A stretch of 64,000 nucleotides of DNA from Rhodoferax sp. (GTDB taxonomy: Bacteria > Pseudomonadota > Gammaproteobacteria > Burkholderiales > Burkholderiaceae_C). The DNA is taken from NCBI RefSeq assembly GCF_044236835.1, contig NZ_JBIIGC010000015.1, positions 17,174 to 81,173 on the forward strand, read 5' to 3'. Of this stretch, positions 1 through 8,887 are shown one piece after another. Position 1 is the first letter of the stretch. Every line of letters starts with the position of its first letter. Under the pieces are notes generated by a model. The model made no database searches and was not told the DNA's origin. It was given only the letters and a program-made list of their open reading frames with translations. A program made the translations under genes and the position numbers.

Positions 1-450
1 ATCCAGCGCCTGATTGGGCGCTCGCTGCGCGCGGTGTTTGACCTCACGCGCCTGGGCGAGCGCACCCTGGTGCTCGACTGCGATGTGCTGCAAGCCGACG
101 GTGGTACCCGCACCGCGGCCATCACCGGCGCCTACGTTGCGGCACAAGACGCGGTGCGTGGCCTCTTGGCAGCGGGCAAGCTGGCGCACAACCCCATCAT
201 CTCGGGGCTTGCCGCCATTTCGGTGGGCATCGTTCAGGGCACTGCCTTGCTGGACCTGGAGTACACCGAAGACAGCGCTTGTGATACCGACATGAATGTT
301 GTGATGACGGGTGCCGGCCATTTTGTGGAAGTGCAGGGCACCGCCGAGGGCGTGGCCTTCAGCCGCGCCCAGATGGACACCATGCTGGGCCTGGCCGAAA
401 AAGGCATCGTGCAACTCATGGCGCTGCAACAGCAAGCGCTGCAGGCATGA
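1..450 (+). CDS. rph: Ribonuclease PH, C-terminal part (5' end lies outside the window)
   Basis: The frame is open from base 1. The sequence [23 protein letters not shown]...[20 protein letters not shown] is typical of RNase PH. Stop TGA at 448-450. Confidence 0.9.
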   Translation: MQRLIGRSLRAVFDLTRLGERTLVLDCDVLQADGGTRTAAITGAYVAAQDAVRGLLAAGKLAHNPIISGLAAISVGIVQGTALLDLEYTEDSACDTDMNVVMTGAGHFVEVQGTAEGVAFSRAQMDTMLGLAEKGIVQLMALQQQALQA

Positions 451-530
451 AGCAGTTGCCCCGCCGATGCCGAACACCGATGCTTAGCACCTTTGCGTAG
501 CAACTGCGCCTGACCCCAAGAACTTGCACT

Positions 531-1145
531 ATGAAAATCGTTCTCGCCTCCAACAACCCGGGCAAGCTGGCCGAAATGCAAGCGATGTTTGCACCTATGG
601 GATGCGCGCTGGTCGCGCAAGGTGAGCTTGGTGTACCGGAGTCGCCGGAGCCCTTTCGCACCTTCGTGGAAAACGCGCTGGCAAAGGCGCGCAACGCAGC
701 TGCCCACACCGGCTTGCCAGCCCTGGCCGATGATGCGGGCCTGTGTGTGGACGTCTTCGGTGGGCGCCCCGGTGTGGACACCGCGTACTACGCCACCGAG
801 TTTGGCTACCCCAAAGGCGACGACAACAACGTACGCGCGCTGCTGGAGCAAATGCAGGCCATAGACGACCGCCGCGCCGCATTGGTCAGCACCTTGGTCG
901 CGGTGCGCTCTCCCGAGGATCCTGAGCCCCTCATCGCCAGCGGCCGCGTGGTCGGCCAGATCGCCCGCGCGCCAGTGGGCAGCAATGGTTTTGGTTTTGA
1001 TCCGGTCATGTGGATTCCTGAGTTTGGCCAGACCTTTGCCCAGCTCCCGGTCGAAGTGAAAAATGCCCACAGCCACCGTGGCCGTGCGGCGCAGGCCATG
1101 GTGGCCTTGATACGTGCACGCTGGCTGGACCCCGCGCATGGTTGA
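531..1145 (+). CDS. rdgB: dITP/XTP pyrophosphatase (RdgB/HAM1 family)
   Basis: ATG at 531. MKIVLASNNPGKLAEM...SHRG motifs match the Ham1 family. The rph-rdgB-hemW order is canonical. Confidence 0.9.
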   Translation: MKIVLASNNPGKLAEMQAMFAPMGCALVAQGELGVPESPEPFRTFVENALAKARNAAAHTGLPALADDAGLCVDVFGGRPGVDTAYYATEFGYPKGDDNNVRALLEQMQAIDDRRAALVSTLVAVRSPEDPEPLIASGRVVGQIARAPVGSNGFGFDPVMWIPEFGQTFAQLPVEVKNAHSHRGRAAQAMVALIRARWLDPAHG

Positions 1146-2355
1146 GCAGGGCGGCACCGCGCCGTCCGACCTGCTGCACTACCTGCGGCCCGGCACGCTG
1201 CAGTTACCAGCGCCGCCGCCGCTGGGCCTGTACATCCATTTGCCGTGGTGCATGCGCAAATGCCCTTACTGCGATTTCAACTCGCACGAAGCGCCGTCTG
1301 AGCTGCCGCAGCAGCGCTACATTGACGCACTGCTGGCCGATTTGGAGGCCGCCTTGCCCTTGGTCTGGGGGCGCACCGTGCACAGCGTATTTCTGGGCGG
1401 TGGCACACCCAGCCTGTTCTCGCCACAAGCCATTGAGCGTTTGCTGGGTGATGTGCGGGCCCGTCTTCGCTTGGAGCCGCAGTGCGAAATCACGCTGGAG
1501 GCCAACCCCGGGACCTTCGAGAAGAACCGATTTCGCGACTTTGCGCAGGCCGGCGTTACGCGGCTGTCGGTGGGCGTGCAGAGTTTCAACGATGCCCACC
1601 TGCAGGCGCTGGGCCGCGTCCACGACCGCGCCCAGGCGCTGGCGGCCGTGGAGGAGGCGGCCAAGGTGTTTGCCACCTTCAACCTCGACATCATGTACGC
1701 CTTGCCCGGGCAGACCCTGGCGCAACTTGGGCAGGACATCGCCACCGCATTGCAGTTTGCGCCGCCGCACCTCTCGGTTTACCACCTCACCATCGAGCCC
1801 AACACTTACTTCGCCAAATTTCCACCGGTGGTGCCCGAAGACGACACCGCCTACGCCATGCTGGACCACATCACCGACGCCACCGCCGCTGTCGGCTTGG
1901 AGCGCTACGAGGTGTCGGCTTACGCGCGCACCGGCCACCGCTGCGCGCACAACCTGAACTACTGGCGGTTTGGCGACTACCTCGGCATTGGCGCAGGTGC
2001 CCACAGCAAACTCAGCTTCGCGCACCGGGTGGTGCGCCAGGTGCGCCTGCGCGATCCGCAGCGCTACATGGCGCAGGCCTTGGCTGGCGCTGCATTGGCG
2101 CAAGACACTGAGGTGCCCCGCGCAGAGTTGCCCTTTGAGTACATGCTCAACGCCCTGCGTTTGCGCGAAGGCTTTGGTTCGCGTGACTTCTGCGAGTGCA
2201 CCGGGCTGCCGCTGTCCTCCATCGAAGCAGCCCTTCGAGAGGCCGAGTGCAAAGGTCTCATTGGGCGCGACTTTGCACGGGTGTGGCCCACCGAGCGCGG
2301 CTTCGATTTTTTGAGTGACTTGCAGGCTCTTTTCCTGTCCAATGCGCCCCAGTAA
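1138..2355 (+). CDS. hemW: Radical-SAM heme chaperone HemW (coproporphyrinogen III oxidase-like)
   Basis: CPYCDFNS is a radical-SAM CxxxCxxC cluster motif. ATG 1138 overlaps the rdgB stop (ATGGTTGA). The track ORF starts at 1114 with a non-ATG codon. Confidence 0.85.
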   Translation: MVEQGGTAPSDLLHYLRPGTLQLPAPPPLGLYIHLPWCMRKCPYCDFNSHEAPSELPQQRYIDALLADLEAALPLVWGRTVHSVFLGGGTPSLFSPQAIERLLGDVRARLRLEPQCEITLEANPGTFEKNRFRDFAQAGVTRLSVGVQSFNDAHLQALGRVHDRAQALAAVEEAAKVFATFNLDIMYALPGQTLAQLGQDIATALQFAPPHLSVYHLTIEPNTYFAKFPPVVPEDDTAYAMLDHITDATAAVGLERYEVSAYARTGHRCAHNLNYWRFGDYLGIGAGAHSKLSFAHRVVRQVRLRDPQRYMAQALAGAALAQDTEVPRAELPFEYMLNALRLREGFGSRDFCECTGLPLSSIEAALREAECKGLIGRDFARVWPTERGFDFLSDLQALFLSNAPQ

Positions 2356-2390
2356 GGCCCGTGTGGGGCCTTGAGCGCGGGGGTGTTGCC

Positions 2391-3062
2391 ATGTTCTCGC
2401 TGTACGGTACCGCAGGCCGTTTGTTTCGGGGCTCTCTCGAAGAGCTGCGCGCCATCGGCCCTCCCACGCGAAGCGCCCGCATTGCCAAGATCATTCCGGT
2501 CGCCACGGGCGCCGACACCGCCGCCGGTGTAGACCGCGCCCAGCCCCACGCAGGCACCGCCCACGACCAGACGCACCGTGGTGCCATGGCGGCCTATGCC
2601 AGTGCGGCGCAGCCCGGCATCCCCCGCCACCCCTTGAGCCGGGTGCAAGACATCATGAGCCACGCGGTGGTGTTGGTGGCCGCCGCTTCTACCGTGGCCG
2701 AGGCCTGGAGCACGCTGGCCCAGCGCCATGTGGGTCAGGCGCCGGTGGTGGATGCACAAGGGGTGCTGGTGGGGCTGCTCACGCGCGCCGACCTGCTGCA
2801 CCCCGACCGCTTGCCTGGGCCCGATGCGCATGCGCTGGTGTGGCGCGCACTGCAGATGCAAAGCGTGCTGGAGGTGATGTGGACGCCTGTTCCCAGCGTC
2901 GCACCGGACACCGATATCCGGCGCCTTGCGCGGGTGCTGCTCGATACCGGTCTGCCCGGCTTGCCGGTGGTGGACGACGCGGGCCAGGTGATCGGCTTTG
3001 TGTCCCGCTCCGACGTGCTGCGCGCCGTCGTGGCCGATCCACCGCTGGATCTGTGGACATGA
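2391..3062 (+). CDS. CBS-domain pair protein
   Basis: The C-terminal half contains two CBS-like repeats (VQDIMSHAVV...VVDAQGVLVGLLTRADLL and LEVMWTPV...VVDDAGQVIGFVSRSDVL). ATG 2391 was chosen over the upstream non-ATG start at 2361. Confidence 0.7.
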   Translation: MFSLYGTAGRLFRGSLEELRAIGPPTRSARIAKIIPVATGADTAAGVDRAQPHAGTAHDQTHRGAMAAYASAAQPGIPRHPLSRVQDIMSHAVVLVAAASTVAEAWSTLAQRHVGQAPVVDAQGVLVGLLTRADLLHPDRLPGPDAHALVWRALQMQSVLEVMWTPVPSVAPDTDIRRLARVLLDTGLPGLPVVDDAGQVIGFVSRSDVLRAVVADPPLDLWT

Positions 3063-3138
3063 ACGGCTGACAGCACCTGCTTCAAATTGTCAAAAATTCG
3101 TCATCAAACTGTGATGTTGGGGCCCTAGGCTCTCTAAG

Positions 3139-4389
3139 GTGAACACAATCGATGACATTCTGGTGGAGTCCTTCTCCGCCTTGCCTGCCAGCCTGCGCGT
3201 GGCGGTGGTGACCGAGACCTATGCGCCCGAAGTCAATGGCGTGGCCATGACCCTGGGCCGCATCGTAGACGGCCTGATCCGGCGCGGCCACACCGTGGAA
3301 CTGGTGCGCCCGCGTCAGCCACTGGAGGGTGCGCCTGCGCTGCGCGATGGCCTGCACCAAGTGCTCTCGCGCGGGGTGCCCTTGCCTTCGTATGGTGAAT
3401 TGCGCTTTGGCATGCCGGCCAAGCGTCGGCTGATCAAGCTGTGGTCTGCACGCCGGCCCGATGTGGTGCATGTGGTGACCGAGGGGCCACTGGGCTGGTC
3501 GGCGGTCGCTGCAGCGCGCACCTTGCAGCTGCCCATTACCAGTTCCTTTCACACCAACTTCGACAGCTACTCGCAGCACTACGGCGTCGGTCTGTTGAAG
3601 TCGCCCATCGACACCTACTTGCGCAAACTGCACAACCGCACCCTGGCCACCATGGTTCCCACCCAAGCGCTGGTGCAGGCGCTGCAAGCGCGTGGCTACA
3701 AACATGTCACGCTGCTCGCGCGCGGCGTCGATACCGCACTGTTCCACCCCGCCAAGCGCTCCGAGGCTCTGCGCCAGTCTTGGGGTGCAGCACCGCAGGA
3801 CCCGGTGGCGTTGCTGGTGGGGCGTTTGGCCAAAGAGAAAAACGTGGGGCAGGTGCTGGCCGCGTTTTCAGCCCTGCGCCAGCACAACCCGCGCGCCAGG
3901 CTGGTGTTCGTGGGCGATGGCCCTTTGCGGGCGTCGCTGCAGCAGGCCTGCCCCGACGCCCACTTTGCCGGTGTGCGCAAGGGCGAGGAGCTGGCGGCTC
4001 ACTACGCCTCGGCCGATCTGTTTTTATTTGCCAGCCTGACCGAGACCTACGGCAACGTGGTGCCCGAAGCGCTGGCCAGCGGCCTGGCGGTCTTGTCGTA
4101 TGCGCACGCCGCCGCCAGCGAACTGATTGCAAACGGTGACAACGGTTTGGCGGTGGAGGCAGCAGACTCGGTGGCCTACCTGCAGGCGGCCATCACCCTT
4201 GCCAGCAACCCTGAGCTGGTAGCGCGCTTGCGCGCAGCCGCCCCGGCGAGCGTGGCGCACCTGGGCTGGGACGCGATCGTGGACAGTTTTGTTGCGACGC
4301 TGCGCAGCGCGATCGAGCGCCATGCGCAGGTCCTAGCCGCGCCACTGCAGCAAAGCCTGGCCCATGCGAACGCGCGCGCCGGGCGCTAA
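3139..4389 (+). CDS. GT4-family glycosyltransferase
   Basis: VAVVTETYAPEVNGVA at the N-terminus and a C-terminal E...YGNVVPEALASGLAV (EX7E-like) signature match GT4/GT-B enzymes. The GTG start at 3139 is uncertain. Confidence 0.8.
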   Translation: MNTIDDILVESFSALPASLRVAVVTETYAPEVNGVAMTLGRIVDGLIRRGHTVELVRPRQPLEGAPALRDGLHQVLSRGVPLPSYGELRFGMPAKRRLIKLWSARRPDVVHVVTEGPLGWSAVAAARTLQLPITSSFHTNFDSYSQHYGVGLLKSPIDTYLRKLHNRTLATMVPTQALVQALQARGYKHVTLLARGVDTALFHPAKRSEALRQSWGAAPQDPVALLVGRLAKEKNVGQVLAAFSALRQHNPRARLVFVGDGPLRASLQQACPDAHFAGVRKGEELAAHYASADLFLFASLTETYGNVVPEALASGLAVLSYAHAAASELIANGDNGLAVEAADSVAYLQAAITLASNPELVARLRAAAPASVAHLGWDAIVDSFVATLRSAIERHAQVLAAPLQQSLAHANARAGR

Positions 4390-5211
4390 ACCCTCGCACA
4401 GGTGAAAGCCGTGGGGCGCCAGAACGATGACGGTGGAGCCATGCTGGAACCAGCCCATTTCCTGCCCTTTGCTCAATGGAGCGTTGCACGCCAGAGCCTT
4501 GGGCCCGTGGTACTTCAGGTGCAGCAGCACATCCAAAAAATGCAGCCGAATGCTGGCCACCAAAATGGCCGCCACCGGCACCAATGCGATGCGTTGCCCG
4601 TCCACCGGCCCACCGCGCAGGCGCGTGCTCAGAAAGGCACGTTCGTTTTTACAAAACAGCTTTTCCACCCGCTTGAGCGCCACCGGATTGACGTTCCAGG
4701 TGTCGCCCGAAAAGTACCGCAGCTTCTCCACCGTGCAGTCGTAAGGCGCATGAAATCGGTGGTACATGCCCGAGGTGAGGCGCAGCGTCACATAGCTGCC
4801 GTTGCGCCAAGGCGCCACGTCTTCGTCGGGGCCGATCAGGTCTTGCAAGGTGTAGGGAAAGCCTTTGGCCTGGAACACCTTCGTACCCTCGATCGGGCCG
4901 CTCTCACCCACGATGGCATCCACCGGGCTGGACAGCACATCGGTAGCCTGGTCCACCACGCGCGCGCCGTCTTGCAGCTCGCGGGTAAAGCAGTCGTGCA
5001 TGCTGGTGAAGGTTTGCTTTTTGGCGTCGCGCAAGTCCAGGTCACCAAAGAACTTCCAGATGGCAATCGACGCGCTGCGCACCAGGGGCTGCTCGATCTT
5101 GCTGAACCACCCCATGAACCGGGTCAGGGTCTGGCGGGGCAGGCGGTTGGTGAGCAAAAAGTTCAGGTCCTCTTGGGCCAACAGGCGCTGCAAGGCGTGG
5201 CGAAAAGTCAT
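4333..5211 (-). CDS. Phosphatidylserine-decarboxylase-family pyruvoyl proenzyme (Psd/Asd-like)
   Basis: ATG at 5211 (the track ORF extends artificially to 5574). Motifs YHRFHAP and WFQHGSTV (the G-S-T self-cleavage site) are present. The 3' end overlaps the convergent glycosyltransferase gene by 57 nt. Confidence 0.8.
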   Translation of the reverse strand: MTFRHALQRLLAQEDLNFLLTNRLPRQTLTRFMGWFSKIEQPLVRSASIAIWKFFGDLDLRDAKKQTFTSMHDCFTRELQDGARVVDQATDVLSSPVDAIVGESGPIEGTKVFQAKGFPYTLQDLIGPDEDVAPWRNGSYVTLRLTSGMYHRFHAPYDCTVEKLRYFSGDTWNVNPVALKRVEKLFCKNERAFLSTRLRGGPVDGQRIALVPVAAILVASIRLHFLDVLLHLKYHGPKALACNAPLSKGQEMGWFQHGSTVIVLAPHGFHLCEGLAPGARVRMGQALLQWRG

Positions 5212-5261
5212 GGCGTGCGGTGCTTTCAAAGTAGGTTGGATAGCTTGTGTACGAAAGGCAA

Positions 5262-6932
5262 ATGGCTGTGAACGAATCTCTGGAATGGAACACCTTGGCG
5301 CTGTATGCGGCGGGCGGCGTCGCAGCGCTTGCGGCTTTGCAAAAGGCCAAGGCACGGGCCGAACTCTCGCTGGCCAAGCACCGCTCCTTGGCCGGCCACC
5401 CGCGCACCGCGCGCCGCATCGCGGCCTTGCTGCCGAACTACCGCTACGACGACACGCAGGTCTTTGGCGTAGACGGTGCGCCGCCCGAGGTGGTGGCCCA
5501 GCGCCGGGCCGCGTTCGAGGGCTTGGTGGCGCAGTACCGGCAGCGCTTTCCCAAAAGCCTGGCCGCCACAACACAGGCGGCCCAGGGTCTGTCCGATCTG
5601 CAGTTCGTCAGTGCATACCGGCTGCCCTACCAGTTCCGCGGGCTGGCAGACCAAGGCCTCAAAGTGGGCTCCTTCATGCAGTCCAGCGCCGGCATGACGG
5701 TGACCGACTTGGATGGCAATACCTTCATCGACCTGACCGGCTCTTACGGCGTGAACCTGTTTGGCAACGATTTCTACAAGGACTGCATTGACCGAGGCGC
5801 AGACACGGTGCGCGCGCTCGGTCCGGTGCTGGGTGCTTACCACCCGGTGGTGCTGGACAACATCCGGCGCATGCAGCAGATCTCGGGACTGGACGAAATG
5901 TCTTTCCATATGTCGGGCACCGAGGCGGTGATGCAGGCGGTACGGCTGGCGCGCTACCACACGGGGCGAAAAAAACTGGTGCGCTTTTGCGGCGCCTACC
6001 ACGGCTGGTGGGGCGATGTGCAGCCCGGCATTGGCAACCCAATGCCAGCGCAGGACACCCTGACCCTCACCGAAATGGGCGAGGTAACTTTGAGGGTTCT
6101 GCGCAAACGCAAGGACATTGCTTGCATTCTGGTCAATCCCTTGCAGGCGCTGCACCCCAACGGGGCAGCACCTAGTGACGGCGCTTTGCTTGACAGCGGC
6201 CGCAAGGCCCACTTTGACCGCGCTGCCTACACCGCCTGGCTGCAGACGCTGCGCGCCATTTGCGATGCGCGCGGCATCGCGCTGATTTTTGACGAAGTTT
6301 TCATGGGCTTTCGGCTGGCCAAGGGCGGCGCGCAGGAATACTTTGGCGTGCGCGCCGACATGGTCACCTACGGAAAAACGCTGGGCGGTGGTCTGCCCAT
6401 TGGCGTGCTGTGCGGCCAACCCGCGTGGATGCGCCGCTTTCGCGATGGTGCGCCGGCCGACATCTGTTTCGCGCGTGGCACCTTCAACTCGCACCCCTAT
6501 GTCATGGGCGCAATGAACGCGTTTTTGCGCCGCTTGGACGACGCTGACATTGCTGGGCTCTACCAAGGTCTGGATGCCACCTGGGACGCGCGCGCCAGCG
6601 GCTTGAACCAGCGCCTGCGCGAGGCTGGTGTGCCAGTCCAGGTCGCCAATATGTCCTCGGTGTGGACGGTTACCTACACGCAGCCCGCATGTTTCAACTG
6701 GTTGTTGCAGCACTATATGCGCCTGGAGGGATTGGCTTTGAGTTGGGTCGGAACCGGTCGCATCATCTTCAGCCTGAACTTCAGCGACGCTGACTTTGAG
6801 CAGGCGGCCCAGCGCTTTGTGAAAGCGGCACAGGCCATGCAAGCCGATGGTTGGTGGTGGTCCGATGGCGCAGCAAGCAACAAGACCATCAAGCGCCGCC
6901 TTCTGCGGGAGATGCTGGCAGCCAAGTGGTAG
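5262..6932 (+). CDS. Class-III (GSA-aminomutase-like) PLP aminotransferase with an N-terminal extension of about 100 aa
   Basis: SFHMSGTEAVMQAVRLARYHTGR, IFDEVFMGFR and TYGKTLGGGLP (PLP lysine) are class-III signatures. ATG 5262 is preceded by GAAAGG. Confidence 0.8.
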   Translation: MAVNESLEWNTLALYAAGGVAALAALQKAKARAELSLAKHRSLAGHPRTARRIAALLPNYRYDDTQVFGVDGAPPEVVAQRRAAFEGLVAQYRQRFPKSLAATTQAAQGLSDLQFVSAYRLPYQFRGLADQGLKVGSFMQSSAGMTVTDLDGNTFIDLTGSYGVNLFGNDFYKDCIDRGADTVRALGPVLGAYHPVVLDNIRRMQQISGLDEMSFHMSGTEAVMQAVRLARYHTGRKKLVRFCGAYHGWWGDVQPGIGNPMPAQDTLTLTEMGEVTLRVLRKRKDIACILVNPLQALHPNGAAPSDGALLDSGRKAHFDRAAYTAWLQTLRAICDARGIALIFDEVFMGFRLAKGGAQEYFGVRADMVTYGKTLGGGLPIGVLCGQPAWMRRFRDGAPADICFARGTFNSHPYVMGAMNAFLRRLDDADIAGLYQGLDATWDARASGLNQRLREAGVPVQVANMSSVWTVTYTQPACFNWLLQHYMRLEGLALSWVGTGRIIFSLNFSDADFEQAAQRFVKAAQAMQADGWWWSDGAASNKTIKRRLLREMLAAKW

Positions 6933-6939
6933 TCCCTCT

Positions 6940-6964
6940 CAGTGCCCGGTGAGGCCGGGCACTG
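6940..6964. terminator. Perfect 10-bp-stem hairpin between convergent genes (candidate bidirectional terminator)
   Basis: CAGTGCCCGG-tgagg-CCGGGCACTG lies 8 nt after the aminotransferase stop. There is no strong U-tract. Confidence 0.5.
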
Positions 6965-7056
6965 CCCATCTGAGCCTGGCGCTGCAAGGCAGTGCGGGGT
7001 GGCGCTTGGTGTCAAGGGCTCAGGCGCACCAGCGCGGGGCTGGCGCGCCGTCAGGC

Positions 7057-7665
7057 TTAAGCCGCGTGGTCTGCAGTGCGGCGCTCGATGAGCTCGCCGC
7101 GCAGCAGTGCCAAAGGTGCCTTGTGGTAGAGGTACACATCATGGAACGGGTCGGTGATGATTTTGGTGGCCCATACCAGACCGGCCATCACGTCCTTCAG
7201 AAAGAACAGGTGCACCGTGCGAAACACCAGGCCGCCTACGCCGAGCGCCAACCACAGCTCGCCTGTGTGGCGCGCCAACTCTTCCAGTGAAGTGTGGGCT
7301 TCGTAGTAGCCCAGCAGCGTGGGGTCCAAGACCAGTGCAACCGGCGCGGCCACCCAGATGGCCAGCAGCACCACTTTGCGGCGCAGGTTGTAGCCCACCT
7401 TGATTTCCTCTTTGTACTCATGTGTGGCTTGGTTGACTTCGTCGTAGCCACGCGGCTCAAAGAAGAAGTGCCCGCTTTGGCGTGTGGTCATGGACACCAG
7501 CCATGCCACCAAGGCCGCCATCGCCGGATCAATGAACAGTAGCACGTAGGCCACCAGAAAACTCAACGCGCTGATGAGGTGCAGCGTCTGGTTGATGCGG
7601 CTGTGGTGGTAGTAGCGGTGGTCGTCCCAGCGCTGAACCTGGAGTTGGCGAAAAAATTCTTGCAT
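7057..7665 (-). CDS. His-rich integral membrane protein of unknown function (possibly Mpo1/DUF962-like)
   Basis: ATG at 7665. There are about 4-5 hydrophobic segments and a motif RYYHHSRINQTLHLISA...SGHFFFEP. The family assignment is from memory only. Confidence 0.55.
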   Translation of the reverse strand: MQEFFRQLQVQRWDDHRYYHHSRINQTLHLISALSFLVAYVLLFIDPAMAALVAWLVSMTTRQSGHFFFEPRGYDEVNQATHEYKEEIKVGYNLRRKVVLLAIWVAAPVALVLDPTLLGYYEAHTSLEELARHTGELWLALGVGGLVFRTVHLFFLKDVMAGLVWATKIITDPFHDVYLYHKAPLALLRGELIERRTADHAA

Positions 7666-7789
7666 CGGGGTGCTCCGTAGAAGGGTTCGCGCATGCTAGT
7701 GGCGCTTTGTTGCAGACCGGTGACAGGACCTGTGACAAGTGCGTTAATTGGCCGGTCGGCCCATTCCTGTGCGCGTTGTCTGGGCGGTT

Positions 7790-8713
7790 TTAGTAGCGCT
7801 CGGGCACGATGATCTCGGGTGGCACCGGGTTGCGGATGTAGTCGGCGTTGCGCACCCGCGCGGGCAAGTGCACAGGCGCGTGCACCACCTCGCTGTAGGG
7901 AATCTGATCGAGCAGATGCTGGATGCAGTTGAGTCGGGCCTTCTTTTTGTCCACCGCCTGAACCACCCACCAAGGCGCCTCGGGAATGTGGGTGCGCTCC
8001 AGCATGGTCTCTTTTGCTTTGGTGTACTCCTCCCAGCGCGCCCGCGATTCCAGGTCCATGGGGCTGAGTTTCCATTGCTTGAGTGGGTCGTGGATGCGGC
8101 CTAAAAAGCGCACATGCTGCTCCTCGTCGGTAATCGAGAACCAGTACTTGATGAGCTGGATGCCGGAACGCACCAGCATCTTCTCGAACTCCGGCACGCT
8201 GCGGAAAAACTCTTCGTACTCCGCATCTGAGCAAAAGCCCATGACCCGCTCCACGCCGGCGCGGTTGTACCAACTGCGATCAAACAGCACCATCTCGCCG
8301 GCCGCTGGCAGGTGCGATGCATAGCGCTGGAAGTACCACTGGGTGCGTTCGCGGTCGTTGGGCGCGGGCAGTGCCGCAACGCGGGCCACGCGCGGGTTAA
8401 GCCGCTGTGTGATGCGCTTGATCACGCCTCCCTTGCCTGCAGCGTCGCGACCTTCAAAGAGGATCACCACCTTGTGCTTGCTGTGGACCACCCAGTCTTG
8501 CAGCTTGACCAACTCGGCTTGCAAGCGAAACAACTCTTTGAAGTAGCTGTGGCGTTGGTCACGCTCGGTATCGCTTTCAGGTGCGCCTTCGCGGCTCAGG
8601 GCATCCAGGTTGCGGTCCTCCAGTTCCATCTCGATCTCTTCATCGTAGTCGTCTTGCAAATCGCGGCGAATGCGGCGAACCAGCTCGTCTTGTGAGGGAG
8701 TATCAGAGGGCAT
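7790..8713 (-). CDS. ppk2: Polyphosphate kinase 2
   Basis: The Walker-A-like GRDAAGKGG motif and the sequence QWYFQRY...FDRSWYNRAGVE are characteristic of PPK2. The N-terminus is acidic. Confidence 0.9.
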   Translation of the reverse strand: MPSDTPSQDELVRRIRRDLQDDYDEEIEMELEDRNLDALSREGAPESDTERDQRHSYFKELFRLQAELVKLQDWVVHSKHKVVILFEGRDAAGKGGVIKRITQRLNPRVARVAALPAPNDRERTQWYFQRYASHLPAAGEMVLFDRSWYNRAGVERVMGFCSDAEYEEFFRSVPEFEKMLVRSGIQLIKYWFSITDEEQHVRFLGRIHDPLKQWKLSPMDLESRARWEEYTKAKETMLERTHIPEAPWWVVQAVDKKKARLNCIQHLLDQIPYSEVVHAPVHLPARVRNADYIRNPVPPEIIVPERY

Positions 8714-8842
8714 AGTGAACCTACGTGGCGGTTAGTGGGTGGTGCGAATTGGATGCGCTAAGGGCACATGGTGGCGCGAAGGCAAAGAGCATGAATCCCA
8801 AAGATGTCATTGGCGTGACAGGCGGTGCCAAACCTCCGTGCG

Positions 8843-8860
8843 ATGTCATGAATTCTTCAT
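8843..8860 (+). promoter_or_regulatory. Candidate Pho-box-like direct repeat (ATGTCAT-gaat-TCTTCAT)
   Basis: Two 7-mers at an 11-bp period lie in the ppk2 / GNAT divergent spacer. GATGTCAT also occurs at 8803-8810. The second half-site matches only partially. Confidence 0.2.
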
Positions 8861-8887
8861 GCCAACGCCACGAATAGGTCATGCAGC

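Noticed and set aside
5212-5574. N-terminal extensions offered by the ORF track. Examples are the Psd-like ORF to 5574, xdhB to 38404, puuE to 20148, the deaminase to 30937, the GS-like ORF to 35933, hyi to 62398 and the ABC ATPase from 39026.
   Set aside because: The extensions are low-complexity Arg/Pro-rich, overlap neighbouring genes and precede internal ATGs. At those ATGs the family-typical N-terminus begins, often with an RBS or a stop/start overlap.
5226-6842. A 538-aa ORF antisense to the class-III aminotransferase. Similar long antisense or shadow ORFs occur at 234-1157, 9632-10654, 21485-23407, 32781-34220, 34227-35891, 38140-39543, 43149-44345 and 47946-49274.
   Set aside because: Each lies entirely opposite a gene with clear family motifs. 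Their translations are Arg/Ala/Gly/His-rich low-complexity strings typical of stop-codon-poor antisense frames in GC-rich DNA. I recognise no motifs in them.
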